Positions 26,542-39,878 of a stretch of DNA of 64,000 nt are shown here, piece after piece; position 1 is the stretch's first letter; each line of letters begins with the position of its first letter. The position numbers were made by a program, and so were the translations under genes. Location of the stretch: positions 91,202,001 to 91,266,000 of the forward strand of contig OZ024743.1 of assembly GCA_964016885.1 (NCBI GenBank). The letters run 5' to 3'. The notes beneath the pieces were generated by a model. The model had not been told where the DNA came from, ran no database searches, and saw only the letters and a list, made by a program, of their open reading frames with translations. This stretch comes from Eledone cirrhosa. Taxonomy: Eukaryota.

Positions 26542-29500
26542 AGAGAAAATTGAGGTTGGTAATGGCACATGGAATATATAAGAGACAGAATACTTTTTTG
26601 TGAAAAAACATATAATTTTATAAGGTAAGGAAATAATAAAGGGTATAAAAAATGACCACTTTCGATGGGTCTGCAAAAGCCATCTTTTCAAATGTTGATT
26701 AATATTAAGAAAATTAATAATAAGAAGAGTTAAAATTTGAGATTTGAAAATTCAAGTATAAAATTCAGTGTGGGATTTCATAGTAGTTTTCAACTTGGTA
26801 GCAGCAAGTTGACTGCTGTGTGCCTTTCTGGTAGTGAATGAGGAGTTATTTGGGGGAGTGGGTTATTTTATAAAGGTCAGATTTAGCAATGGCCAGATGG
26901 CCAGCTGCTGGTCAGTGAGGGGGTGGAAGCAATATACATACATATATCTTCCTGTGGTCGGTAGGAGAGGGGAGAGTGATAGAAAGGGATTTAGTGCACT
27001 TACACCTATATATACACACATACCCTCATCCACACACACATACATACACATATACATACACATACATATATATATATACATATATATACATATACACACA
27101 TACATACACACACACATACATATACATACACACATACACACACACACATATATACACATACACACACATATATATATACACACACACATATATATATACA
27201 TACACATACATCTAGATACACTCATACATACACACACACACACATATATATATATATATGTACATACACATATATATACACACATATATATACACATATA
27301 TATATACACACACAAATACATACACACACACACATATATACATACATACACACACACACATATATACACATACACACACATATATATACACACACACACA
27401 TATATATATACACATACGTATACATCCAGATACACACATACACACACACACACAATACATACACATACATACATCCACATGCACACATACACACACACAC
27501 ACACACACATACATACACCCACACACAGAGAAATGGCCTCCAAATATATATATACATACATACACATATTTTTTCCATAATATAAGAAGTTAGGACAGTG
27601 AAATTAAAATACAAGTCATTCTGATCACATTGAGTTCTTCATGTAGATTGGGCCCCGCAACCGACAGTGGTGAATTCTGTGTGCGCATATATATACAGAT
27701 ATATGTGTGTGCACGTGCAGGGTTTAACATGGATGTGTTGGTCACACAAAGGCATGGTCTGTCAACGAATAAACCTGATTCTACAGAATTGGTCTCTGGT
27801 CTTTAATAGTAGTGATAATTATATACATGCACACATACACACACATATATCTATCACTCCGTGCGTATGTGTGTTTATATTTTATGACAATTCTATTGGG
27901 GTGATAACCCGTTTAGTTTTGGTTTAAATTTGTTAAGGAATAGATTTTCTTTGTTTATTCTTTGTTGCTGTGTGAACGAATCTGAGCACTTGTAGAAGGG
28001 GAAGATTTTAAAGTTGGGTAGTGTCATTCCTGCGCAGTTCGCAATATGGCTGCTCAAGGGGATTTTTCTTGTGTTAGCGTCCCAGATTTGTTGGCGGTGG
28101 ATGGTCATTCTTTTGCGTAATGAGGTTCCCGTCTGTCCTATGTAGTTGTGTTTGCACCCACCGCAAGTTATTGCGTAAATCAAGTTCTCCGAGTTGCAGG
28201 TGAAATTGTTTTTTACTGTAAATGTTTGGCCATCTTTAAATGTAAATTTTTGTCCTTCAGTGAGGTAGAGGCACGTTCCACAGTTTGTTCTACCACATTT
28301 GGTAACTGTAGGGTTGAGGATTGGTTTGGGTATATTTGGTCCAGTGAGAATGCGTTTTAGTTGTCTTTTACTTTTAAGGATCTTGTGTGTTTCAAGAATA
28401 GACTTCATTTTTACATCTTTAAGTAGGATGGGGAGGTTTTTGTGTAGGTGATCAAACATTTCGGTATTTCTGGGGTTGAAAGTGGATACATATGGCAGGG
28501 TGTTGAGTGTGGTTTTCTGTTTTGGATTGTTAAGTTGATGGGGATTTAGGTGTTTTGCCCTGTCTATTCCATTGTTGATTATTTCAAGTGGAAAGGCTCT
28601 TAAGATAAGGGTGTCTTTTAGTTCCTTTAGTCTTTGCTCCCGTTTAGGTGGATCTGATACTATGGTACATATACGTTTGGCCAAATTGTAAGGAATGTTA
28701 AGTTTTGTATGTTTTGGGTGACTTGATGTGAAAAAGAGGTATTGCTTGGAATCTGTGGGTTTATAGAATATATCTGTATCTAATTTCCTGTCTATTACAG
28801 AGATGAGAATATCCAAGAAGGCTAATTCCTTGGGATTGGATTCCATTGTGAATTGTATGTTATTATCTATGTTGTTTATCATGTTTTTAAACATAGTAAG
28901 TGAGTTCATGTCTTCTTGCCATAGGATAAAGCAGTCGTCTAGATATCTTTTCCAATTGGCTTTGAGGTGTGTGTGGAAAGAGTCTCCAAATAAGAGAAGG
29001 GACTGACTGTATATTTGTTGTTCATGGAAACCCATGACTAGGTTGGCATATGTGGGTGCTACTTTCGTGCCCATTGCAGTACCTGATACTTGTCTGTATG
29101 TTGAACCATTGAATGTGAAGTAGTTATCTTGTAGGATAAAGCGGAGTCCGTCAGTAATAAAATCTTTGTTGATGCGTGTCGGTATTTCTGATGGGTGTGT
29201 GTTAAGCCAGTATTGGACTGCTGTTATTCCATAGTTGTGGGGTATGTTTGTGTAGAGGTTTATTACGTCAAAGGAGACAAGAATTGTATTTGCACTTACT
29301 GTTTTAGGGAGGTGTTTCAGCATGTCAAGGTCATCTCGTATGTAGCTCTGTATATGTTGTAGAAAGGGTTTCAGTAGGATGTCCAGAAAGTTGCTAAGTC
29401 TGTGGGTTTCACATGTAGGGCCTGCTATAATTGGCCTGAGTTTTAGGTCTTCTGGTGGTGTTAGTTCAATGTAATTGTTGGTTGAGGTGTCACATGCATC

Positions 29501-30622
29501 GTTTATGGGTTTACATTTGTGGAGTTTCGGTAAGCCGTAAAAAGAGCTTGTATTGCATTTGAAGTGGCTTATATAGTTAAACTCTTTTGTGGTTAAGCTG
29601 TTGCGGTATTTATTCAGTAAGGTCAAAAGGTTCCCCATTGTTTTGGTGTGTTTGTAGTTTTCTGTTTTTTCATAGTATGTGTTGTTTTCTAAAATGTTAA
29701 GTGCGAGGGTCCTATAGTAGTCCGTATTCATAATGACAACAGTACTGCCTTTATCGGCATCTTTGATGGTTATCTCAGGGTTGTTTCTAAGTGTGAATAA
29801 TTCTTCCCATTCGTGTGTAGATAGGTTTGATTTCGTGTGTTTATTTGTAATTTTTTCATAGGGAAAGTTGGTGATGTGTTCGCAGTACGTGTCCAGTGCT
29901 TTATTTCTTCCTTTTGTGGGCAGAAATTGCTTTTATTTCTAACCAGTGATTCGTCTTCAGTGTTGGTGTCGTTGTGGAAGAATTCCGTTAGTCGCAGCTT
30001 TCGGCAGTATTCCATGATGTCATCCTTCATTTCGGGGAAGTTTGGTTTACGTGGTGTAGGTGTGTGTGTATGTGTATGTGTGTGTGTATGTATGTGTGTA
30101 TATGTATATATATATATGTATGTGTATGTATATGTGTGGATGAGGGTATGTGTGTATATATAGGTGTAAGTGCACTAAATCCCTTTCTATCACTCTCCCC
30201 TCTCCTACCGACCACAGGAAGATATATGTATGTATATTGCTTCCACCCCCTCACTGACCAGCAGCTGGCCATCTGGCCATTGCTAAATCTGACCTTTATA
30301 AAATAACCCACTCCCCCAAATAACTCCTCATTCACTACCAGAAAGGCACACAGCAGTCAACTTGCTGCTACCAAGATGAAAACTACTATGAAATCCCACA
30401 CTGAATTTTATACTTGAATTTTCAAATCTCAAATTTTAACTCTTCTTATTATTAATTTTCTTAATATTAATCAACATTTGAAAAGATGGCTTTTGCAGAC
30501 CCATCGAAACCGGTCATTTTTTATACCCTTTATTATTTCCTTACCTTATAAAATTATATGTTTTTTCACAAAAAAGTATTCTGTCTCTTATATATTCCAT
30601 GTGCCATTACCAACCTCAATTT

Positions 30623-30627
<5 letters not shown>
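26542..30627 (-). mobile_element. Penelope-like retroelement (Neptune-type): RT + GIY-YIG ORF flanked by inverted pseudo-LTRs
   Basis: ORF 27893-29731 with FYGLPKLHK, LRPII, SFDVINLYTNIP, GTAMG, RYLDD, linker CGRTNCGTC and NLIYAITC..YIGQT endonuclease; frameshifted N-terminal part extends to ~30060 (..DADKG..); 26542-~27130 and ~30065-30627 are inverted copies. Confidence 0.93.
30473..30520 (+). ncRNA. Minimal type I hammerhead ribozyme motif, U3-A8 core variant, in PLE pLTR
   Basis: TTGAAAA-GATGG(11 nt)CCATC-GAAA-CCGG-TC; palindromic stem III ACCGGT; stem I weak. Mirror copy on minus strand at ~26650-26697 has a mutated stem III. Confidence 0.6.
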
Positions 30628-30697
<70 letters not shown>

Positions 30698-30774
30698 ATT
30701 TTTATATATATATATATATATCATCATCATTTCATTTTACGTCCGCTTTTTCCCTGCTTGCAAGGGTGGGACGG

Positions 30775-30823
<49 letters not shown>

Positions 30824-31129
30824 ATATATATATAAGCTCAAGCCGTTTCGACGAGTCCAGAATTAGCCGTCGAAATGGCTTGAGCTCAGCCGTCAGGGTC
30901 CTACTCATTCCTATTACCCACTCTACTACCCTAAGTATTGAGTACTTTGGTGCATTATGGTCCATCTGGTTTCTTACCACATTTCCTTCGTTATATATAT
31001 ATAAATAATAATTCAAATTTAAAAGATTTATTTAGTGAGAAAATCATATATCATTTGAGAAACACAGTATTTTGTACACATAATACAAAAAATATTCAGG
31101 AAAAAAGCTATATAGTTTTTTCCACCTTC

Positions 31130-31495
31130 TTCGCCCACTTATTCCTGAGAGGGTCGTGCGGACAGAGCCCTCAAACACCCTTTCCAGCAGATCCTGTCAG
31201 AAGCAACCATCTCTAACTGATCCAGTTGTTCCTGGATGTTATCCAACCATCTTGCTCTGGGTCTCCTGCCCATAAAATCTGTCCAGTAATTCTTTCCTGA
31301 GACATTCTAACCATATGTATTGGAGATGTGATCTCTTAATCTGGAGAAGTAGTGGCTCTCTGATCTCCGAGCTATGTAGAGTAATGTTACTACAAAGACC
31401 TTTCGGAGGAATCCCATTTCAGCCTCTTGTGTTCACGATAGTATTCTTTCAGTTATTACAATAGGTAAGGGTTGGCACAAATACCGAATTGAAAA
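31130..31495 (-). mobile_element. Decayed 3' fragment of a second RTE-like LINE family
   Basis: Homologous to 41100-41540 and ~63065-63260. Confidence 0.7.
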
Positions 31496-34208
31496 ATTTC
31501 CTGAATTTGCAATACATAAATAATTGTTTCTACTTGTGGCACAAGGCCAGCAATTACCCAGTGCATTACTAGTACTTTATTTCATCGACCCCATAAGGAT
31601 GAAAGGCAAAGTTAACCTCGGCGGGATTTGAACTCAGATCATAAAGGGCCGTAACTCTTTGCTGCAAAGCATGGTGTCCAACCCTCTACCGATACTGCCA
31701 ATCCCAATACATAAATAATAGTGGATAAAAGACTCAAGCAACAAAACATTTGAATAGTGAATAATTTAATATAACATAGAATACAGCTTTATTTTATTGA
31801 AGGAAGCAGTGATATATACGTGTGTTATTATTTTTATTTTTTTACGCTCTTTCCTACGCTCTACACACCTCAATCTACATTCACTTACATCTCTCTCTCC
31901 ACCACCGGATCTTGTTACCCGGAGATTTAACCATCTGCATTGTTGAGGCTTCCAAAACGACCTAAAGAAATATATATATATATATATGTGTGCTATACGT
32001 ATATATATATACACACACATTATATAAATATATCCTGGCAATTGTAAATATCCTCTCTAGCTTAACCCTTTAGCATCTAAACCGGCTGTATCCGTCCAGA
32101 ATTCTCACACCTCTTTCTGTTCAAATCGGTCGTAACCGGCTGCACATACTGGCATTAAGGTATCATCAAAATAAATAATATCAAAATCTTGTAGATTCGA
32201 TATTATGATGAAACCTTTACTGTGAAAATACAATAGTATATATAGAGTAATATAAATATTAAAGGGTTTTAAAGAATGACATGTCTGGGCAGCTTCTTCA
32301 ATTAAGAGACATCAATTCTGAACCCCACAATTACCTTACTACAGTAGGTCTGGTGGGGGTTGTTTACATTGCAAGCACAACAGTTTACAAAGAACTATGA
32401 TAAACAGTGCAGGGAGGAAAGTAATGATGGAAGTGTTAATATGGTTGTAGAGAGAGAGTGGGTTGAATAACAGTAATAGTATTTACTAGTGAAGAGAGAA
32501 ACCAAAGGGAAGGATGCAAAGGTATCATGGGGAGGAGAAGAAAGGAAGGGGGAGATTTTTAAAAAGAAAATGGATATATTTGTGACTATGTTTACCTGAG
32601 TATGTGAGTGTTTTCATCAGTGTGTGTACATTTTGTTTCCTTTGATGTGTGTATGTGTACACATATATGACCTGTGTGTAAGTGTGGTTTCATTAGAGTA
32701 TATATATATATATACATACATATATCATCACCATTGATGATGATATATACACTAAAATAAGGGAGGAAAAAAAAAAAGTGCCTAGAGAGTGACGGGAACA
32801 AAAGGTTGCAGTGGCTGGTTTAGAAAGGACCAGAAATGTTTGGGAGACAACTGAATGTGAAAAAGCAAGAATAGAAATTTATATTGGAATGATGGATATT
32901 AAATGTTAAAAATGAGTTTAAAGGAATGGGTTTCAAGCAGCTCAAAAACAAATTCTAATTCCAATTTATGTTGTGGTAATAGGCAAATGGTAATGGCATA
33001 TATGTACCAACTCACTATCTTTAAGATCGCATGTTAGCATTAGTCTATAAATAAAGAAATAAATAGATTTGTTTGAAGCAGTGGTGAATTAAGCTTGCAT
33101 GGGGTTCCCCATCTGAAAATTTTATCGGGCCTTTGTGTTTTATTTATAGTAGCAAAACAAAAAAAATAATAATAATAATTTGGGGCCCAGTTAGCTCTCC
33201 CCACTTGATCCACCATAGATTAGAAGAAATATAGTCAATTGATTTAGCTTGGATATCTGTGTATTGGTGGTACTTTATGAAACAATGAGGCAGAAAACTT
33301 TTGCATCATCTGTACTCCATTTCCCATACAAACTAAACATTTCCATGCCTTTATAATTAATTGACTAGATGGTAACGTTTTAACGTTTTATCACAGAACA
33401 GAGCAGATTTCATGGAGTATAATTTATATGAAGCATAATTCTACAAAGAGATGCTTGGATGCGGAACATAATTCTTTTAAGATGATGATGGCATGTTTTA
33501 AGAAAGTATTTCTTACATAAGTGCAATGCCTGTGTTTTTTGGTAAGATAAGTAAAATGAAGAATGCAAGGAAACCTTTTGTCTACACAGTGCGGTGGTGA
33601 AGGATTGTTGAGGGCTACGATGTGAATACTCCTTTTTTGGTCCCTACGCATAGCTGCTTTAGAGAAAGGGAGAGTGTGTGTGTGGATCAACCCCAGTGTT
33701 TGACTAGTATTTCATTCTACCATATTAGTTATGCCTTCCAACACTGCAAAATATTTGTAAATTTGATAAAGTCCTGAAGCAAAAACCATTTCTTGCACAG
33801 CTGTTTATTTCACTCTAGCAACAAGCTTTTGGAATAGGTGGTGCCTTACCGTAAATTGTGATAACAGCTATAAATAATACACACATTTTTACCAATTCAA
33901 ATTATATTTCAATAGTTAAGAATCAAATCTATTTGGTTTCGGTTTAATTTCTTTTTTCAATTCTTTAAAAATTATTTGAAAATTATTTATGATACATATT
34001 TCATTAATTAAAAAAAAACTGGAAGGGGAATACCATTTCTCTATGTGATATATGTAACATTATGTTTATATGCACATATCTGTTATATATTGTTGTAGTG
34101 CACCTGAGCACTGTACACAATAATTTCATTATTATTATTATATATAAATGCATTTTGAAATTTGAATAAGTATTGTGACATACATATATTCCTGTAGTAT
34201 ATGTATGC

Positions 34209-34256
<48 letters not shown>

Positions 34257-35649
34257 TTCAAAGCTAAAGCTGTTGCTACAAGGGATGGGGAATTAGGCAG
34301 TAGCATCAGACTGAAGCTTTAATTTTGATTTATCGAAAAGCTTTAGATGTCTTCAGTACTTATACATACAAGACCTATGCTTTATCTATATATATCATCA
34401 TCTATATATAAAAAAATGTATGTGTACACATGGCATGCATACATATATACATGTATATATATATATATTAAACTTAAGCCAAAATCTCGTGTGGGGGGGG
34501 GGGGGGGGTGAATAAACCAGACCAACTAAAATAAGTCTGTTTTATTCATAGAGTTCCCCAACCATGGTTTCTGGAATTCAATAAACAACATTAACCAGTT
34601 CAAAACATTGAAATAATATATATTATATAATATACCAAACTTAAGCCAAAATCTCATTTAGTGGAGATATAAGCCAAATCAGCTAAAAAAAAGTCTGTTT
34701 TAACTTATATAATATACCAGCCATATATCTTATCCTTTCATTGAGATGTTTATTTATTAGAGACAGTTAACTTTATAGAGTTATAAATTAATATATATAT
34801 GTAAGTGTACCCATGGCATATGTATAATTTTTATTATGGTCAAGTTAGTGTCCTGTTATTCTGGAGTTTCGCCTGTGTATTCAGTATCATTAGAGAAGGT
34901 TGACCTCTGCTGTGAACATTCAGGTAAAACCCCAGAGGAACAGGACACCGACTTGTGCTTAACAAAAATCCTTAATCTCTACTATGGAATTAAGTACTCA
35001 CTCTTATGGCCAGCAATACTAAATGCTTATATCCATACATGTATCATCATCATCATTTCATTTTACGTCCGCTTTTTCCTTGCTTGCAAGATATATGTGT
35101 ATATATATATATATATATATGTGATATATATATATATATATGTGTGTGATATATATATATAATATGTATATATATATAATAGAATCAATGTTTGTACTGC
35201 TCAGGACACCACAGTTAAAATAAAGCATTCACTACAAGCAGAGAGTAGAGAAGGTACTTAATTTTATTCCAAATAGAAATGACTTCTATAGAACTAATAT
35301 TGCTTCATTTTCTGGTGAAATCAGGAAAGCTTTTCCTTTTCTGTCAATTTCACCACTGAATGAACAGAACTAGTCCTGCAGAAGTCAATTCTATTTCACA
35401 CACACACACACACACACACACATTATAAAGAGTCGGGACATGACGGCTGAGCTCTTGTTGTTTCAACAGCTAGTTCCAGTCTGGAACTAGCTGTTGACAT
35501 GGCAAGAGCTCAGCCGTCAGGTCCCGACTCTTTATAATATAACTATACTTTCCTACGCCAAGTATCGAGTACGCTGTTGGGTAATGGTCTAACCAGTTTC
35601 AAACTGAATCCATCCTGACATATATTTCTAATAGAAATACATAACATTA

Positions 35650-35959
35650 TTAAAGCTCAATTCGACTACTTGTTGAGTCAATAAGAATACGTTTCTCATG
35701 ATGGGCGAAACCTGTCACAGAGTAAGCAATATACAGAGAACACACAAGCAGAATCAATACAACAAGAGTAAACACTTTCATTCCAACTCCATTGCAGAAA
35801 TCCATAAACAGAGTTTGTCCATAGTAACCAGTTCCTGCCTCTGCTATCACTGTTTCATCATTCTCTTGTAATTTAAGTAGTTTAATCATGTGGTTTAAAA
35901 CATCAGTTGGTACACCACGCCGTTCGGCTAACTGAATTGGAGTCTTGCGCATTTTATTC
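35650..35959 (-). CDS. ANKRD46: ANKRD46 coding exon 2
   Basis: ttccag|(R)NKMRKTPIQLAERRG..SSRIEL*. Confidence 0.88.
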
Positions 35960-38751
35960 CTGGAATTAAAGTAATAGATTGGAGCATATTATTATTAAAG
36001 AATAACATAAATATATATTTTTGTTATATTTTGTGAGGTAGTCAAGGTGTTTTGCAAAAGATCTCAAATTTATATAAGAGAAGTAATTGGGCTAAAACCA
36101 GTACGTCTGTCTCGGGCGGGGGAGGAATTTGAACTTTATTCACAATTGTATAAATAACATTACAAATTATATATAATTCTTACAGTATGAAAATAGACAC
36201 ACTATATACAACTAGCTGGGCCTGTGCCGTCAAAAATGGCGGCTAATTGTAATATCTATACATCATTATCATCGTTTAATCTATCTTCCACGCTAGCATA
36301 AAAGAGATGTTTGTTGGTTGGTTGGTTGATTCCTTTGTGCTTACTCACACAAGTGATACAAACATACAAATACACAGCTGTGACAAATTTTAGAATGCTG
36401 GACCTCTATAGTTTCTCACCCAGTCTCATTCCTCAATCATCACATAGATGTGTGTGTATGTAATAATCATTTTTTCTAAGTGTGTCTGTTTATATATATG
36501 TATGTGTAGATTCGTGTGTTTGTTATTCTATTGTCTTTGTACCTTTCTAAATAAACACACACAAACACATATACACTCACACAAATATCATATATAAGTA
36601 TAATTTACACAAACACACATATACACACACAGGTGTAGCAAATGTTAGGCACTGCTTAGACACGCCTTCCTTCCTCAGTTGACGTAATCACCCCGACCTT
36701 CCCCAGTCATCTCTAGTGTGTAATGGACAAATACACAAGGCTTATATATTAGTAAATACAAATATATAAGTTTAAACAAAACGACCATCAATTCACCACC
36801 AAGTGCGACAATCGGCCACACATGATGAGGGTCAATGGAACAAAGCCACGGGTGGTGGCGAGTCTAAGGTACTGAAACAACCAGTCACCTTGAGTTTTTG
36901 CATATGAAATATTGGCAGGGGTGCTCATTTGTATGTAGTGTGAACTTGACAGGCTAAGATTAATTAACAATAGCATTAACATAGCCTGGTTCATAATAGC
37001 CTATTCTTGTCTCAGTATTGAGTGAGTAAATGTCACCAGTGAAGGATAAAAATCCAGAAACATCTGTCTGGTATTCTCACTGGCTTCTGAAATAGCTGCG
37101 ACATGATCACAGTTTAAAATATTCATAGAGAGATTCTCGTATGTTTATTATATATAAATATATCGCATATGCAGTGCCGGATTTAGGACAAACGAGACCC
37201 TGTGTTGGTTAAGTTATGAGGCCCCTGAAGGAGATAAAAAAAAGTTTTGGCAGAAAGATGGGCACACCTGGACAACGAGGCTCTGTGCTTCAGCACGGTG
37301 GTAATTTTAGCACAGCGTATATGCTTTCACATACACCGCTATTATGAACTACGCTGTTAGCGCTATTGCTAATATAATTTACATATATGATGTGGAAGCT
37401 TAGCTATAAAATGATAGCTGGATTTAAGATTATTGGACATGTCAACTTAACCATCCTAAAAGTTACATTGCGGTATCCATTGCAGTATCTATGACGAGGG
37501 AGTTTCTAGAAATAGCAGTCAAATATCCCTCAAGCTACACCCGACTGTAGTAGTTCCCAAACAGTGCATCGCGGCGCACTGGTGTGCCACGAGATGTAAC
37601 TAAGTACAACAGGGAAATAAAAAGTATATTTTAAATTAGTGAGAAATACAAACCTAAATTGTGACACTTCATTCATTGAATAAAAAAATAAATACTAATT
37701 TTCGCGTTCTTAATAATTGCTTCAATATTTGGTTAAAGTGATGTTATAAATGCAATAATCATATCATACAGATGTAGATTTTGTAATTTACTAAGTTTAA
37801 AGTATTTATTATTTTTCAGTTTACAGGGAAATTAAATATTTGGCAAGCTTCCATGCCTACAATCTAAAACCGTGTAAATTTATATACACATTTATGCATA
37901 TTCTGTGTATATAGATATAACGTTATATATATATATATATATATATATAATTGTTTTCACTTGCTATCCGATTTGGAAATAATCGGAATTTTAAATTTGA
38001 CAATCTATGTAAGTTCTTTGACTTGCTATCAGATTTTTCTTAGGCAATAACATCTAGAAAATCATTAGAGAGATTGCTCGGGACGTTGCTGTCTTTTCTT
38101 TTGCTCTGATGTTGGCTCGGTTGTTCACCCCTTCCTTCACATTTTCTTTAATATTGCAACATTAAAAGAATATATCCGTCTGAAAGAATCGCGAGCAATC
38201 TAAGCATTTGTAATGTTATTTATGTATATATTTAAAACATATTTGTTTATAGCATCTATGTATATATACAGGGTGTCCCCCAAAATGTATACACATTTAT
38301 TAGAATGCGGAAGTGTGTATACATTTTTTGGGGACACTATACATATATATATATATATGTATGTATACGTACATACATATCTGTATACAGACGTACAGTA
38401 GTATGTATATATATACACACATGCACACATATATATATATGCACGTATCGGTTTACCGAACATTTATTATAATGCTCGGTTTGTTTGTTTGTAAACAAAC
38501 AAACAGCCCGAATTGTACATATATATATGTGCATGTGTGTATATATATACATACTACTGTACGTCTGTATACATACATACTTGCATTTAAGTAAGTGCCG
38601 TACTAAGAGTGAGAAATGAAATTTCGTTTCATTCTATTCCATTTATATACATATATATATGGCACTACAACGCTATTAGCTGTCAGTCGAAGCAGCCGAT
38701 GAAAGCAAAACATCCTTTATTTCCGTATTACTACCACGCGTAAGTGGAGTG

Positions 38752-38812
<61 letters not shown>

Positions 38813-39878
38813 TTGCAAGAATCGATCATATAACAACTTTACTCTCAGATCTTCTTATGTCATTGCGTCTATATAATCATACAAACACGCATAATGTGGA
38901 TACATTTGTCTAGACAATTTATCACCCTTGAATTATTATTATTATTATATATATATATCATTATCATCATTGTACGAAAGAAACACAATTCGATACATGT
39001 GGAATGGCCACGATCAACAATCAATGATAAATAGAAAATTTGTCATAGAATGGCAACTATTAATTGGATTAGATAACGTAATTGCATAGAATAGACAACG
39101 TATGTTATCGGACAGAGATTGACAACAACAGCCTAGAAAAAGCAACCATACATGTAAAAGAAATATTTACAAAAAATAATAATATATGTTGGTGTGTTCT
39201 TTTTGTGAGGTTTCTAGCAATAGTTAATTGTATTTGTTATATGTGTTTATAAACAACATTATATTTGTAATGTTATTCTGAAAGAATTGTGAGCAATTTA
39301 TAATGTTATTTATGTATATATATATATTATTTATTTAATGATAATAATACAAAAAACAACACTGTACGTACCCAAGTCACACAGAGCTGTGCCTCCGTAT
39401 TGTAGTGACAATATGCAATAAAAATAAAATGTCTTTTATTGGCCACAGGGGCTCAAGACATTGATTGGGTGACAAGGACAAAATACCAGTGTAGGGTTTA
39501 CATCGTGGAAGTAATTGCAATAAATATTCATGATAACAATACAAACAATTTAATATATGTTTACCTGATACATAAAGATGCTCCGTGGCTCACCAATAAA
39601 TCACTACTTTCTATGTGACCACACCAATGCAATGGAGTGTTTCCATTGCGGTCTTTTATGTTCGGATTAGCACCGTAGTTGAGGAGAAGTTCAATTATTT
39701 CAGAATATCCACGTATGGAAGCGAGATGTAAAGCCGTTTTACCGGAATTGGTTTGTTCGTTAGGATCGTAGGTTTTAAGTTCCAGCAAGCTTTTCACTTT
39801 AGCTACATCTCCATCTAAAACTGCATCTTTCAAGGCGTGTCCCCTCTCCATTATATCGAGTAGATCAGTCGTAACCAT
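35650..39878 (-). CDS. ANKRD46: Ankyrin repeat domain protein 46 (ankyrin repeats + C-terminal TM helix), 207 aa, 2 coding exons
   Basis: complement(join(35650-35959,39565-39878)) = 624 nt, phase-2 GT-AG intron; GKTALHLAS, GNTPLHWCGH, TPIQLAERRGV and the hydrophobic tail VFTLVVLILLVCSLYIAYSVTG match the ANKRD46 pattern as recalled. Confidence 0.88.
36211..36752 (-). mobile_element. Non-autonomous Helitron-like element
   Basis: CTAGT 3' end with a nearby hairpin GCCGTC-AAAAAT-GGCGGC; splits a repeat that is uninterrupted at ~2905-3080. Confidence 0.55.
38269..38341. mobile_element. Tc1/mariner-type MITE remnant
   Basis: TA-CAGGGTGTCCCCAAAATGTATACAC ... GTGTATACATTTTTTGGGGACACTA inverted termini. 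Confidence 0.7.
39565..39878 (-). CDS. ANKRD46: ANKRD46 coding exon 1
   Basis: MVTTDLLD..GASLCI, donor AG|GTAAA. Confidence 0.9.

Noticed and set aside
26834-27614. Long His/Thr/Tyr or Val/Cys/Tyr ORFs (also at 24257-24820, 30478-31008, 53493-53943)
   Set aside because: Translations of (CA)n/(TA)n microsatellites; the YIYI N-terminus of the 499-aa ORF is likewise not part of the LINE protein.
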